DNA of 33,216 bases from Nemertoderma westbladi (taxonomy: Eukaryota > Animalia > Xenacoelomorpha): the NCBI GenBank assembly GCA_032718475.1, contig JAUCBJ010002301.1:1-33216 (forward strand), in the 5' to 3' direction. Under the pieces are notes generated by a model, which did no database searches, had not been told where the DNA came from, and worked only from the letters and a program-made list of their open reading frames with translations. This document shows, in pieces, positions 9,641 through 21,000 of the stretch (position 1 is its first letter; each line of letters opens with the position of its first letter). Made by a program: the position numbers and the translations under genes.

Positions 9641-12506
9641 GCCGCGTCACGAACTTTACCCATGGATTACGAAGTTTAATCGCCCTGGGATCCATATAAA
9701 TCACCTAAATGTTCAAAGTTTGAAAAGTAAATTACAAGAACTGCGGATCATAGCAAGAATGGCAAACTTACACATAATTACTGTTCCTGAGACGTGGTTA
9801 GATGACTCAGTGTCGGACAATGAGATAGAAATATCCGGATACTATGTCACAAGGAAAGACAGAATAGAAAATGGACACGGAGGTGTAGCTATCTGTACGA
9901 AAAATAATCTAACACTGGAACCCTGTGATACACTAAATAATCTGGATATTGAAGGACTGTTTGGTTTTCTCTTACTCCCACAAACACCTAGAAACCTAAT
10001 CGGCTCGGTTTATCGTCCACCATCATCTTCAGTTACACACTTCTTCAACACTCTAGAAACAGGAATTGGAAGCATCGGTGAACTACGCGAAATTTTCATT
10101 CTGGGTAAAGTGAACGTCGATATGTTATCGAATGAACCCAGACAGATTGGGGACAGAAATCTAGTCATTTCTTACTGCAACTCGGTTGGTGCAAAACAGA
10201 TTATCAAGGAGGCCACTCGTGTAACCAACACAGCAGCTACCCTCATAGACCACATCTACACTACATCATTGGCTGACAAGGTTACTGACTATGTTGTTAT
10301 TGAGGTTGGTATCAGCGACCACTACATAGTTCATATAACTAGAAAGAAAGTCAAACCGGACGCAGTTCCTCCTCGTGTAATTAACGCCAGAAGCTATAAG
10401 GAATATTCCCCTGCAGCCGTAGCGAGCAACGATGGTATATCGAATATCAGTCTAATTACTGATGTCGACAACCGTCAACGTCCTCACTACTCAGCTAACT
10501 TCAATACTGGATTCAATAGCCCCAAACAGGGATATAAGAATCAAGACACATTCAGAACCATGGCTTACACCGGAACTTCTACAGCTGATAATAGTAAGGG
10601 ACAAATCATTTTCAAAACTGAAACACAACCGCACTGTCATAAATGAAACCGACTTCAAAAAACAAAGGAACGTTGCCACTAACGCCATCAAAGAGGCTAA
10701 GAAAGCTTACATACGGACCCAAATCGAAAATAACAGGACCGACCACAAAAAGCTATGGAAAACATTAAAGTCCCTAGGAATGCCAGTAAAGAAAACCAAG
10801 TCGTCGGCCATATCAAAAATCCACGATGGCAGAGCTATAGTACACGAACCAAAACAAATTGCTGATACATTTAATACATTCTTTACGTCAATTGCGAAGG
10901 AACTAGTTAACCAGCTGCCCCCGCCATCTGGACGGTTCAGGGAAGATTCGGTTGCGCGGTACTACCAATCGGTGGGAATACAAAGAGATAGGTTCTCTAT
11001 ACAACAAACTACAATCGACGAGGTAGCCGATATCATGTCTAAGCTGAACACTGATAAAAGCCCTGGAATCGATGGACTGCCCGCAAGACTATACAAAGAC
11101 GGCCACAAGGAATTGTCGAAGCCTATCACGCACATTGTTAACGTCTCCATAGCAACAAGTACTTTCCCATCATCCCTGAAACTAGCTAAAGTAACACCTG
11201 TGCACAAAAAGAAAGGCTCACTGATATTGAGAGAAAACCATCGCCCCCTATCCCTACTGCCTATCCTCGCCAAAATTCTAGAACGTGTGGTATATGACCA
11301 GGTCTAGATCAAGCAAAGATCAAGTAAGATCTTATCAAAGCTCCAATCAGGATTCTTTAAAGGATACTCAACCGAAACCTGTTTAATATTTCTAGACAAT
11401 TACATACGAAACGCAGCCGATCTCGGAAAGCTGACAGGAATGATTCTGATAAACCTAAAGAAGGCATTTGATACGGTATACCATGACATCGTTCTAATGA
11501 AACTGAAACATATGGGACTGGACAATTCATCAGTCAACTGGTTTAAATCATATCTATCGAAACGCAGCCAGGTTGTGAGTATCCAGGGTACATCCTCCGA
11601 CAAACTTCCACTCTATGATGGCTTACCCCAGGACGGGATCCTTCCGGTATTGTTATTCCTGTCGCAAATAAACGACTCCGATCAGGCAGTAGACTGTCCG
11701 ACGCCAAAGTTTGCAGACGATCTCGCTCACGTAGCTTCAGAAGAAGATGCCGAGACAATTTCCCAAACGCTTACACGAAATCTCGAAAACACCCAGTCTT
11801 GGCTCATAGACAATCGACTCACGCTACACTTAAGCAAGACAGAAACCATCTTGTTTGGAACGAACCAACGTTTGGCGTCCAGTGCTCCACTAGCAGTCAC
11901 TTGTAACGGGAAACCCATATCGAACCGAACTGTTGTCACATACCTGGGTTGCAAACTAGACCAATCAATGAACGGCGAGTCTATGATCACCGCGATAGTC
12001 AAATAAGGGAATTCTAGATTAAAATTTCTTTACCGATTCTCCGGGGTACTAGACTACAACCTACGTCGCCTACTATGTAACGCGCTGATACAGCCACTCA
12101 TGGACTATGCTGCTGCTGTCTGCTTCTACTCACTCAGCTCAATCTGGCGCAACAAGCTTGAGGCACTGCAGCGGAAGTGCATTCGATATTGCTTATCTTT
12201 AGAGGACCGCAGCCACATCTATCCATCGCACTACAAAACCATAAACTGGCTACCAATAGAATATCGGGTGCAACAAAATCTGGTAACTCTTATGTACAAG
12301 ACCCAGTGCGAAACCTCACCGAGTTACATCCAAGATATGGTTAACTTCAATAAAAACACGCGATCAACACGAACCCCGAGAACAAAAGCATCGATCCCCC
12401 ATAAGAATACTAAATTCGCACAGAACTCATTTGAATATCGAGGCCCAGCGTTCTGGAACGCCCTACCGAACTGTGTAACCGAGGCAACGACACTAGAGTC
12501 TTTTAA

Positions 12507-14040
12507 CCCTATTAGTACCGGGCTATAAAATGCTGTACAAATACCGGGGGTCATATTGACCCCTCCCTCTAAAATCTACAAATATTAACGAAAACGTCTG
12601 ATTTTTTTGTTTGTACGTAGGTATCACTAGTCTGGATCCGACCGAAAAAAAAATTTTCGAAAAAATGTACTGCGGTGGTAATATTGCAGCACCAAAATTA
12701 CAAGTAGTGCACAATTTTCACAAAATTTGAAAGTTACATTTTTCGGCTAATTGTTTTTCAATACAGGTTTTCTGGGGCGCAAAATACATTGGAAAATATT
12801 TAAAAATGATATGATTACCATAAATGGCTGTTTAGTTCTCTATGAGTAGGAAAAAAATGAAAAAAACAAGTAACCAGCATTTTTCAGTTAGAACACAAAA
12901 TTTTTAATTCACTTATACGATGCTATAAATTCACATTTTCAGGTTTTCTAGGGCGCTGATTCTAATGGAATACATTTCCAATATGCCAGATCATTGCTAC
13001 TTGTATTTTTCGGCATAATTTGGCAAATTTTGGTGCTAGCACCAAATTTCGTACCCATCACCAAAAAGTACAAGTTTGCGATGTCCAGTGCTGTTTTTAT
13101 TGATTCCATCGGATTCAGGACCCTCATAAACACGTATAACGCAAGAAACAAGATGATACTATCTACTGATCAATTTACTCATTTTCCAAAATTTGGTGCT
13201 GGCACAACAATTTTCACCCACCGGCGAAAAATACAAGTTTGAAAACTCTTATGAAATTTTTACTGATTCCATTGAATTCAGAACCATAACAAACCCGTAT
13301 AACGCATGAAACAAGATGACACAATCAATTGATATATTTGATGGTTTTCAAATTTTGGTGCTAGCACCACATTTTGCACCCACTTCCGAAAAATACAAGT
13401 TTGAGATGTCTAGTTCGATAAGTATATATTCCATTGAATTCAGAACAGCCATAAACCTCTAAAATGCAAGAAATAAATTGTCACAAGCAATTTCATCTAT
13501 TGAATTTGAATATTGAATGGATTTTCAAAATTTCGTGCTAGCACCAAAATTTGTACACAGCACCAAAAAATACAAGTTTGATACCCTTGGTTCAACTCGT
13601 ATATATTTCATCGATACCAGTACCCCAAAAAACCCCAATTGCGTAAAAAAGAAGTTTCAAACAATCAATTTACAAAATTGACATATTTCAAAATTTGGTG
13701 TTGTCACCAAAATTTGGCACCCGCCGAAAAAAACAAGTTTGAAATTTCTAAAATAATTTATATGAATTCCATCCAATTGCTAACACCAAAAAACCGGTAT
13801 AATTCAAAAATAGAGATGTTACAAATCATATTTAATGAAATGTAATTTTCAAAAAAACGTCTCAAAAAAAGTGCCAAAAGTAGGGTTAAAAAATGGTGCT
13901 ATAACTCGAAAACTACCCATATTTTTGAAAACGGTTTTCACTACTAGGAAGACAATAAATTTTTAGGAAAAGTCATAAAATTTCAGATTCCCAACTGCGT
14001 TTGTTTCAGAATTATAATAAATTCCGCGGGTTTAATAGGG
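12507..14040. mobile_element. Non-autonomous piggyBac-type DNA transposon, 1534 bp
   Basis: TTAA at 12503-12506 and 14041-14044; termini CCCTATTA...TAATAGGG; excision restores the LINE reading frame; no transposase ORF. Confidence 0.9.
12930..13850. repeat. Internal ~163-bp diverged tandem repeat of the piggyBac-type element, about 5 copies
   Basis: GGTGCTAGCACC-like palindrome at 13032, 13195, 13357, 13534, 13697, each followed by an AAAATACAAGTTTGA-like motif. Confidence 0.85.
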
Positions 14041-14119
14041 TTAAACACCAAGTAAAACGCCATTACTTAAATAGTCTAACCGACGCATGAATCACAATTA
14101 CTTGCACACTATTAACCCA

Positions 14120-14790
14120 CCTAGTTCATAAACATGCATCGCAGTTCTTTTACTAAGTTTGTTTTTTACCTTTATTTATTTAAATACTTGACAGAATTTT
14201 TGATAGAAAATTGACAGAAAAATTTTAAGTAACAAGTTTTAAATTATCCCATCTATAACCATTTTTTAATTAAAGCACTGACCATTTCATTTGTGTATTT
14301 TTATTTGTAGTCTTGAATTTAATTTTATTGCTTCCCCAACAATTATACATATACAATCTTATTAGTAGTCCACAAACAATGCATCGCAGTTCTTTTACTA
14401 AGTTTGTTTTTTTATATTTATTTTATCTAAATATTTGACAATTTTAAGTAACAAATTTCAAATTATCCCATCCATAACCATTTTTAGATTAAAGCACTGA
14501 CCATTTTATTTGTGTATTTTTATCTATAGTCTTGAATTTAATTTTTATTGCTTCCCCAACAACTATACAATCTCATTAGTAGTTCATAAACAATGCAACA
14601 AGCAATGCAACAACCTAGCAGCTCTTTTACTAAGTTTGTTTAGTAATTTTTTTTTAGTTATTGTTATTGTCTAGTTATTTTTATCTTTATCTAAATATTT
14701 GACAATTAACCATTTTTAGATTAAGCACTGACCACTTTATTTGTGTATTCTAATCTGTAGTCCTAAATTTAATTGTATTACTTCCCCGAC
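14120..14790 (+). repeat. ~240-bp triplication in the LINE 3' UTR
   Basis: CTTTTACTAAGTTTGTT at 14147, 14392, 14624; AAGCACTGACCA and CTTCCCC also occur three times in the same order. Confidence 0.9.
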
Positions 14791-14819
14791 TATTTTACCT
14801 AAAACATTATTGCATAGCG

Positions 14820-14861
14820 GGGACCCACATGGAAACGAGGTCCGCCTCATGTGGCTATCCC
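14820..14861 (+). other. LINE 3' UTR stem-loop
   Basis: GGGA-C-CCACAT-[GGAAAC bulge]-GAGG-TCCG-CCTC-ATGTGG-CTA-TCCC. Confidence 0.6.
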
Positions 14862-15059
14862 ATTAAGTGACAATTTTATCGATATCTCGCGCAAGATGTA
14901 CTGTTCATATATTTTTCATACCATAATGATTATAATTCATAACAAAAATATCTCGTACTGTATCTATAACAATTGTATGGTTGCTAACGGTCTATACAAA
15001 CTTAAATGTTATATATTATGTGTCCCGTCACTAATAAATCAATATCAATATCAATATCA

Positions 15060-18000
15060 CCCTTATGGCGATTGGAGTTCCTACTCCCCTTGCAACGATG
15101 GGAGTTCCTACACCCCTTGCAACGATGGGAGTTCCTACTCCCATATGTGACGATGGGAGTTCCTACTCCCCTTTGTGACGATGGGAGTTCCTACTCCCCT
15201 TGCAACGATGGGAGTTCCTACTCCCCTTGCAACGATGGGAGTTCCTACTCCCCTTTGTGACGATGGGAGTTCCTACTCCCCTTGCAACGATGGGAGTTCC
15301 TACTCCCCTTGCAACGATGGGAGTTCCTACTCCCCTTTGTGACGATGGGAGTTCCTACTCCCCTTGCAACGATGGGAGTTCCTACTCCACTTTGTGACGA
15401 TGGGAGTTCCTACTCTCCTTGTGACGATGGGAGTTCCTACTCCCCTTGTGACGATGGGAGTTCCTACTCCCCTTGCAAAAATGGGAGTTTCTACTCCCCT
15501 TGCAAAAATGGGAGTTTCTACTCCCCTTGCAACGATGGGAGTTCCTACTCCCCTTGTTACGATGGGAGTTCCTACTCCCCTTGCAAAAATGGGAGTTTCT
15601 ACTCCCCTTGCAAAAATGGGAGTTTCTACTCCCCTTGCAACGATGGGAGTTCCTACTCCCCTTGTTACGATGGGAGTTCCTACTCCCCTTGCAAAAATGG
15701 GAGTCTCTACTCCCCTTGTGACGATGGGAGTTCCTACTCCCCTTGCAACGGTGGGAGTTTCTACTCCCCTTGTGACGATGGGAGTTCCTACTCCCCTTGC
15801 AACGATGGGAGTTCCTACTCCCCTTTGTGACGATGGGAGTTCCTACTCTCCTTGTGACGATGGGAGTACCTACTCCCCTTGTGACGATGGGAGTTCCTAC
15901 TCCCCTTGTGACGATGGGAGTTCCTACTCCCCTTGCAACGATGGGAGTTCCTACTCCCCTTTGTGACGATGGGAGTTCCTACTCCCCTTTGTGACGATGG
16001 GAGTTCCTACTCTCCTTGTGACGATGGGAGTTCCTACTCCCCTTGCAACGATGGGAGTTCCTACTCCCCTTGTGACGATGGGAGTTCCTACTCCCCTTGC
16101 AACGATGGGAGTTCCAACTCCCCTTGCAACGATGGGAGTTCCTACTCCCCTTGCAACGATGGGAGTTCCTACTCCCCTTGCAACGGTGGGAGTTTCTACT
16201 CCCCTTGTTACGACTGGAGTTTCTACTCCCCTTGCAACGATGGGAGTTCCTACTCCCCTTGCAACGATGGGAGTTCCTACTCCCCTTGCAACGGTGAGAG
16301 TTTCTACTCCCCTTGCAACGATGGGAGTTCCTACTCCCCTTGTGACGATGGGAGTTCCTACTCCCCTTGCAACGATGGGAGTTCCTACTCCCCTTGCAAC
16401 GATGGGAGTTCCTACTCCCCTTGTGACGATGGGAGTTCCTACTCCCCTTGCAACGATGGGAGTTCCTACTCCCCTTGTGACGATGGGAGTTCCTTCTCCC
16501 CTTGCAACGATGGGAGTTCCTACTCCCCTTGCAACGATGGGAGTTCCTACTCCCCTTTGTGACGATGGGAGTTCCTACTCTCCTTGTGACGATGGGAATT
16601 CCTACTCCCCTTGCAACGATGGGAGTTCCTACTCCCCTTGTGACGATGGGAGTTCCTACTCCCCTTGCAACGACTAGAGTTCCTACTCCCCTTGCAACGA
16701 TGGGAGTTCCTACTCCCCTTGTGACGATGGGAGTTCCTACTCCCCTTGTGACGATGGGAGTTCCTACTCCCCTTGTGACGATGGGAGTTCCTACTCCCCT
16801 TGTGACGATGGGAGTTCCTACTCCCCTTGCAACGATGGGAGTTCCTACTCCCCTTGCAACGGTGGGAGTTTCTACTCCCCTTGTTACGACTGGAGTTCCT
16901 ACTCCCCTTGTGACGATGGGAGTTCCTACTCCCCTTGTGACGATGGGAGTTCCAACTCCCCTTGCAACGATGGGAGTTCCTACTCCCCTTGTGACGATGG
17001 GAGTTCCAACTCCCCTTGTGACGATGGGTGTTCCAACTCCCCTTGCAACGATGGGAGTTCCTACTCCCCTTGTGACGATGGGAGTTCCAACTCCCCTTGC
17101 AACGATGGGAGTTCCTACTCCCCTTGTGACGATGGGAGTTCCTACTCCCCTTGTGACGATGGGAGTTCCTACTCCCCTTGTGACGATGGGAGTTCCTACT
17201 CCCCTTGTGACGATGGGAGTTTCTACTCCCCTTGCAACGATGGGAGTTCATACTCCCCTTGTGACGATGGGAGTTCCTACTCCCCTTGCAACGATGGGAG
17301 TTCCTACTCCCCTTGTTACGACTGGAGTTCCTACTCCCCTTGCAACGATGGGAGTTCCTACTCCCCTTGTGACGATGGGAGTTCCTACTCCCCTTGTTAC
17401 GACTGGAGTTCCTACTCCCCTTGCAACGATGGGAGTTCCTACTCCCCTTGCAACGATGGGAGTTCCTACTCCCCTTGCAACGATGGGAGTTCCTACTCCC
17501 CTTGTGACGATGGGAGTTCCTACTCCCCTTGTGACGACTGGAGTTCCTACTCCCCTTGCAACGATGGGAGTTCCTACTCCCCTTGCAACGATGGGAGTTC
17601 CTACTCCCCTTGTGACGACTGGAGTTCCTACTCCCCTTGCAACGACTGGAGTTCCTACTCCCCTCTGTGACGATGGGAGTTCCTACTCTCCTTGTGACGA
17701 TGGGAGTTCCTACTCCCCTTGCAACGATGGGAGTTCCTACTCCCCTTGCAACGGTGGGAGTTTCTACTCCCCTTGCAACGATGGGAGTTCCTACTCCCCT
17801 TGTGACGATGGGAGTTCCTACTCCCCTTGTGACGATGGGAGTTTCTACTCCCCTTGCAACGATGGGAGTTCCTACTCCCCTTGGGATGATGGGAGTTCCT
17901 ACTCCCCTTGCAACGATGGGAGTTCCTACTCCCCTTGCAACGATGGGAGTTCCTACTCCCCTTGTGACGATGGGAGTTTCTACTCCCCTTGCAACGATGG

Positions 18001-21000
18001 GAGTTTCTACTCCCCTTACAACGATGGGAGTTCCTACTCCCCTTGCAACGACTGGAGTTCCTACTCCCCTCTGTGACGATGGGAGTTCCTACTCTCCTTG
18101 TGACGATGGGAGTTCCTACTCCCCTTGCAACGATGGGAGTTCCTACTCCCCTTGCAACGGTGGGAGTTTCTACTCCCCTTGCAACGATGGGAGTTCCTAC
18201 TCCCCTTGTGACGATGGGAGTTCCTACTCCCCTTGTGACGATGGGAGTTTCTACTCCCCTTGCAACGATGGGAGTTCCTACTCCCCTTGGGATGATGGGA
18301 GTTCCTACTCCCCTTGCAACGATGGGAGTTCCTACTCCCCTTGCAACGGTGGGAGTTTCTACTCCCCTTGCAACGATGGGAGTTCCTACTCCCCTTGTGA
18401 CGATGGGAGTTCCTACTCCCCTTGTGACGATGGGAGTTTCTACTCCCCTTGCAACGATGGGAGTTTCTACTCCCCTTACAACGATGGGAGTTCCTACTCC
18501 CCTTGTGACGATGGGAGTTCCTACTCCCCTTGTGACGATGGGAGTTTCTACTCCCCTTGTTACGACTGGAGTTCCTACTCCCCTTGCAACGATGGGAGTT
18601 CCTACTCCCCTTGTGACGATGGGAGTTCCTACTCCCCTTGTGACGATGGGAGTTCCTACTCCCCTTGTGACGATGGGAGTTCCTACTCCCCTTGCAACGA
18701 TGGGAGTTCCTACTCCCCTTGTGACGATGGGAGTTCCTTCTCCCCTTGCAACGATGGGAGTTCCTACTCCCCTTGCAACGATGGGAGTTCCTACTCCCCT
18801 TTGTGACGATGGGAGTTCCTACTCTCCTTGTGACGATGGGAGTTCCTACTCCCCTTGCAACGATGGGAGTTCCTACTCCCCTTGTGACGATGGGAGTTCC
18901 TACTCCCCTTGCAACGACTAGAGTTCCTACTCCCCTTGCAACGATGGGAGTTCCTACTCCCCTTGTGACGATGGGAGTTCCTACTCCCCTTGTGACGATG
19001 GGAGTTCCTACTCCCCTTGTGACGATGGGAGTTCCTACTCCCCTTGCAACGATGGGAGTTCCTACTCCCCTTGCAACGGTGGGAGTTTCTACTCCCCTTG
19101 TTACGACTGGAGTTCCTACTCCCCTTGTGACGATGGGAGTTCCTACTCCCCTTGTGACGATGGGAGTTCCAACTCCCCTTGCAACGATGGGAGTTCCTAC
19201 TCCCCTTGTGACGATGGGAGTTCCAACTCCCCTTGTGACGATGGGAGTTCCAACTCCCCTTGCAACGATGGGAGTTCCTACTCCCCTTGTGACGATGGGA
19301 GTTCCAACTCCCCTTGCAACGATGGGAGTTCCTACTCCCCTTGTGACGATGGGAGTTCCTACTCCCCTTGTGACGATGGGAGTTCCTACTCCCCTTGTGA
19401 CGATGGGAGTTCCTACTCCCCTTGTGACGATGGGAGTTTCTACTCCCCTTGCAACGATGGGAGTTCCTACTCCCCTTGTGACGATGGGAGTTCCTACTCC
19501 CCTTGCAACGATGGGAGTTCCTACTCCCCTTGTTACGACTGGAGTTCCTACTCCCCTTGCAACGATGGGAGTTCCTACTCCCCTTGTGACGATGGGAGTT
19601 CCTACTCCCCTTGCAACGATGGGAGTTTCTACTCCCCGTGTGACGATGGGAGTTCCTACTCCCCTTGCAACGGTGGGAGTTTCTACTCCCCTTGTTACGA
19701 CTGGAGTTTCTACTCCCCTTGCAACGATGGGAGTTCCTACTCCCCTTGCAACGATGGGAGTTCCTACTCCCCTTGCAACGGTGGGAGTTTCTACTCCCCT
19801 TGCAACGATGGGAGTTCCTACTCCCCTTGTGACGATGGGAGTTCCTACTCCCCTTGCAACGATGGGAGTTCCTACTCCCCTTGCAACGATGGGAGTTCCT
19901 ACTCCCCTTGTGACGATGGGAGTTCCTACTCCCCTTGCAACGATGGGAGTTCCTACTCCCCTTGTGACGATGGGAGTTCCTACTCCCCTTGCAACGATGG
20001 GAGTTCCTACTCCCCTTGCAACGATGGGAGTTCCTACTCCCCTCTGTGACGATGGGAGTTCCTACTCTCCTTGTGACGATGGGAGTTCCTACTCCCCTTG
20101 CAACGATGGGAGTTCCTACTCCCCTTGTGACGATGGGAGTTCCTACTCCCCTTGTGACGACTGGAGTTCCTACTCCCCTTGCAACGATGGGAGTTCCTAC
20201 TCCCCTTGCAACGATGGGAGTTCCTACTCCCCTTGTGACGACTGGAGTTCCTACTCCCCTTGCAACGACTGGAGTTCCTACTCCCCTTGTGACGATCGGA
20301 GTTCCTACTCCCCTTGTGACGATGGGAGTTTCTACTCCCCTTGCAACGATGGGAGTTCCTACTCCCCTTGTGACGATGGGAGTTCCTGCTCCCCTTGCAA
20401 CGATGGGAGTTCCTACTCCCCTTGCAACGATGGGAGTTCCTACTCCCCTTGCAACGGAGGGAGTTTCTACTCCCCTTGCAACGATGGGAGTTCCTACTCC
20501 CCTTGTGACGATGGGAGTTCCTACTCCCCTTGTGACGATGGGAGTTTCTACTCCCCTTGCAACGATGGGAGTTTCTACTCCCCTTGCAACGATGGGAGTT
20601 CCTACTCCCCTTGTGACGATGGGAGTTCCTACTCCCCTTGTGACGATGGGAGTTTCTACTCCCCTTGTTACGACTGGAGTTCCTACTCCCCTTGCAACGA
20701 TGGGAGTTCCTACTCCCCTTGTGACGATGGGAGTTCCTACTCCCCTTGTGACGATGGGAGTTCCTACTCCCCTTGTGACGATGGGAGTTCCTACTCCCCT
20801 TGCAACGATGGGAGTTCCTACTCCCCTTGTGACGATGGGAGTTCCTACTCCCCTTGCAACGGTGGGAGTTTCTACTCCCCTTGTTACGACTGGAGTTCCT
20901 ACTCCCCTTGCAACGATGGGAGTTCCTACTCCCCTTGTGACGATGGGAGTTCCTACTCCCCTTGCAACGATGGGAGTTCCTACTCCCCTTTGTGACGATG

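Larger units (their letters stand above)
8826..14090 (+). pseudogene. LINE ORF2 (apurinic-like endonuclease + reverse transcriptase), disrupted
   Basis: EN motifs HLNVQSL, ETWL, YRPP, IDHIY, ISDH; RT motifs KSPGIDG, RPLSLLP, QSGF, LKKAFDTV, GLPQDGIL, FADD (11710-11721), YLG. Lesions: frameshift ~10470, TAG 11305-11307, TAA 12004-12006, insertion 12507-14044. Removing the insertion restores ...TLESFKHQVKRHYLNSLTDA* (TGA 14088-14090). Confidence 0.93.
8708..15059 (+). mobile_element. Non-LTR retrotransposon of the CR1/L2 group (Crack-clade-like); decayed, apparently 5'-truncated, interrupted by a DNA transposon
   Basis: APE+RT ORF2, a ~1 kb 3' UTR with a stem-loop, AATAAA at 15033 and a (TCAATA)3TCA tail at 15039-15059. 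Both flanks are 27-bp satellite that rejoin into one unit. The motifs LHLSKTETILFG, YLGCKLDQSMNGESM and NSRLKFLYR resemble Crack-clade ORF2 (from recall). Confidence 0.88.

Noticed and set aside
8655-9704. 349-aa Arg/Cys/Trp-rich minus-strand ORF
   Set aside because: Antisense reading of the 30-bp minisatellite.
15099-15260. Histone-type 3' stem-loop (6-bp stem, 4-nt loop)
   Set aside because: Geometry is similar but the sequence does not match GGYYYTTTTCAGRRCC and there is no histone gene.
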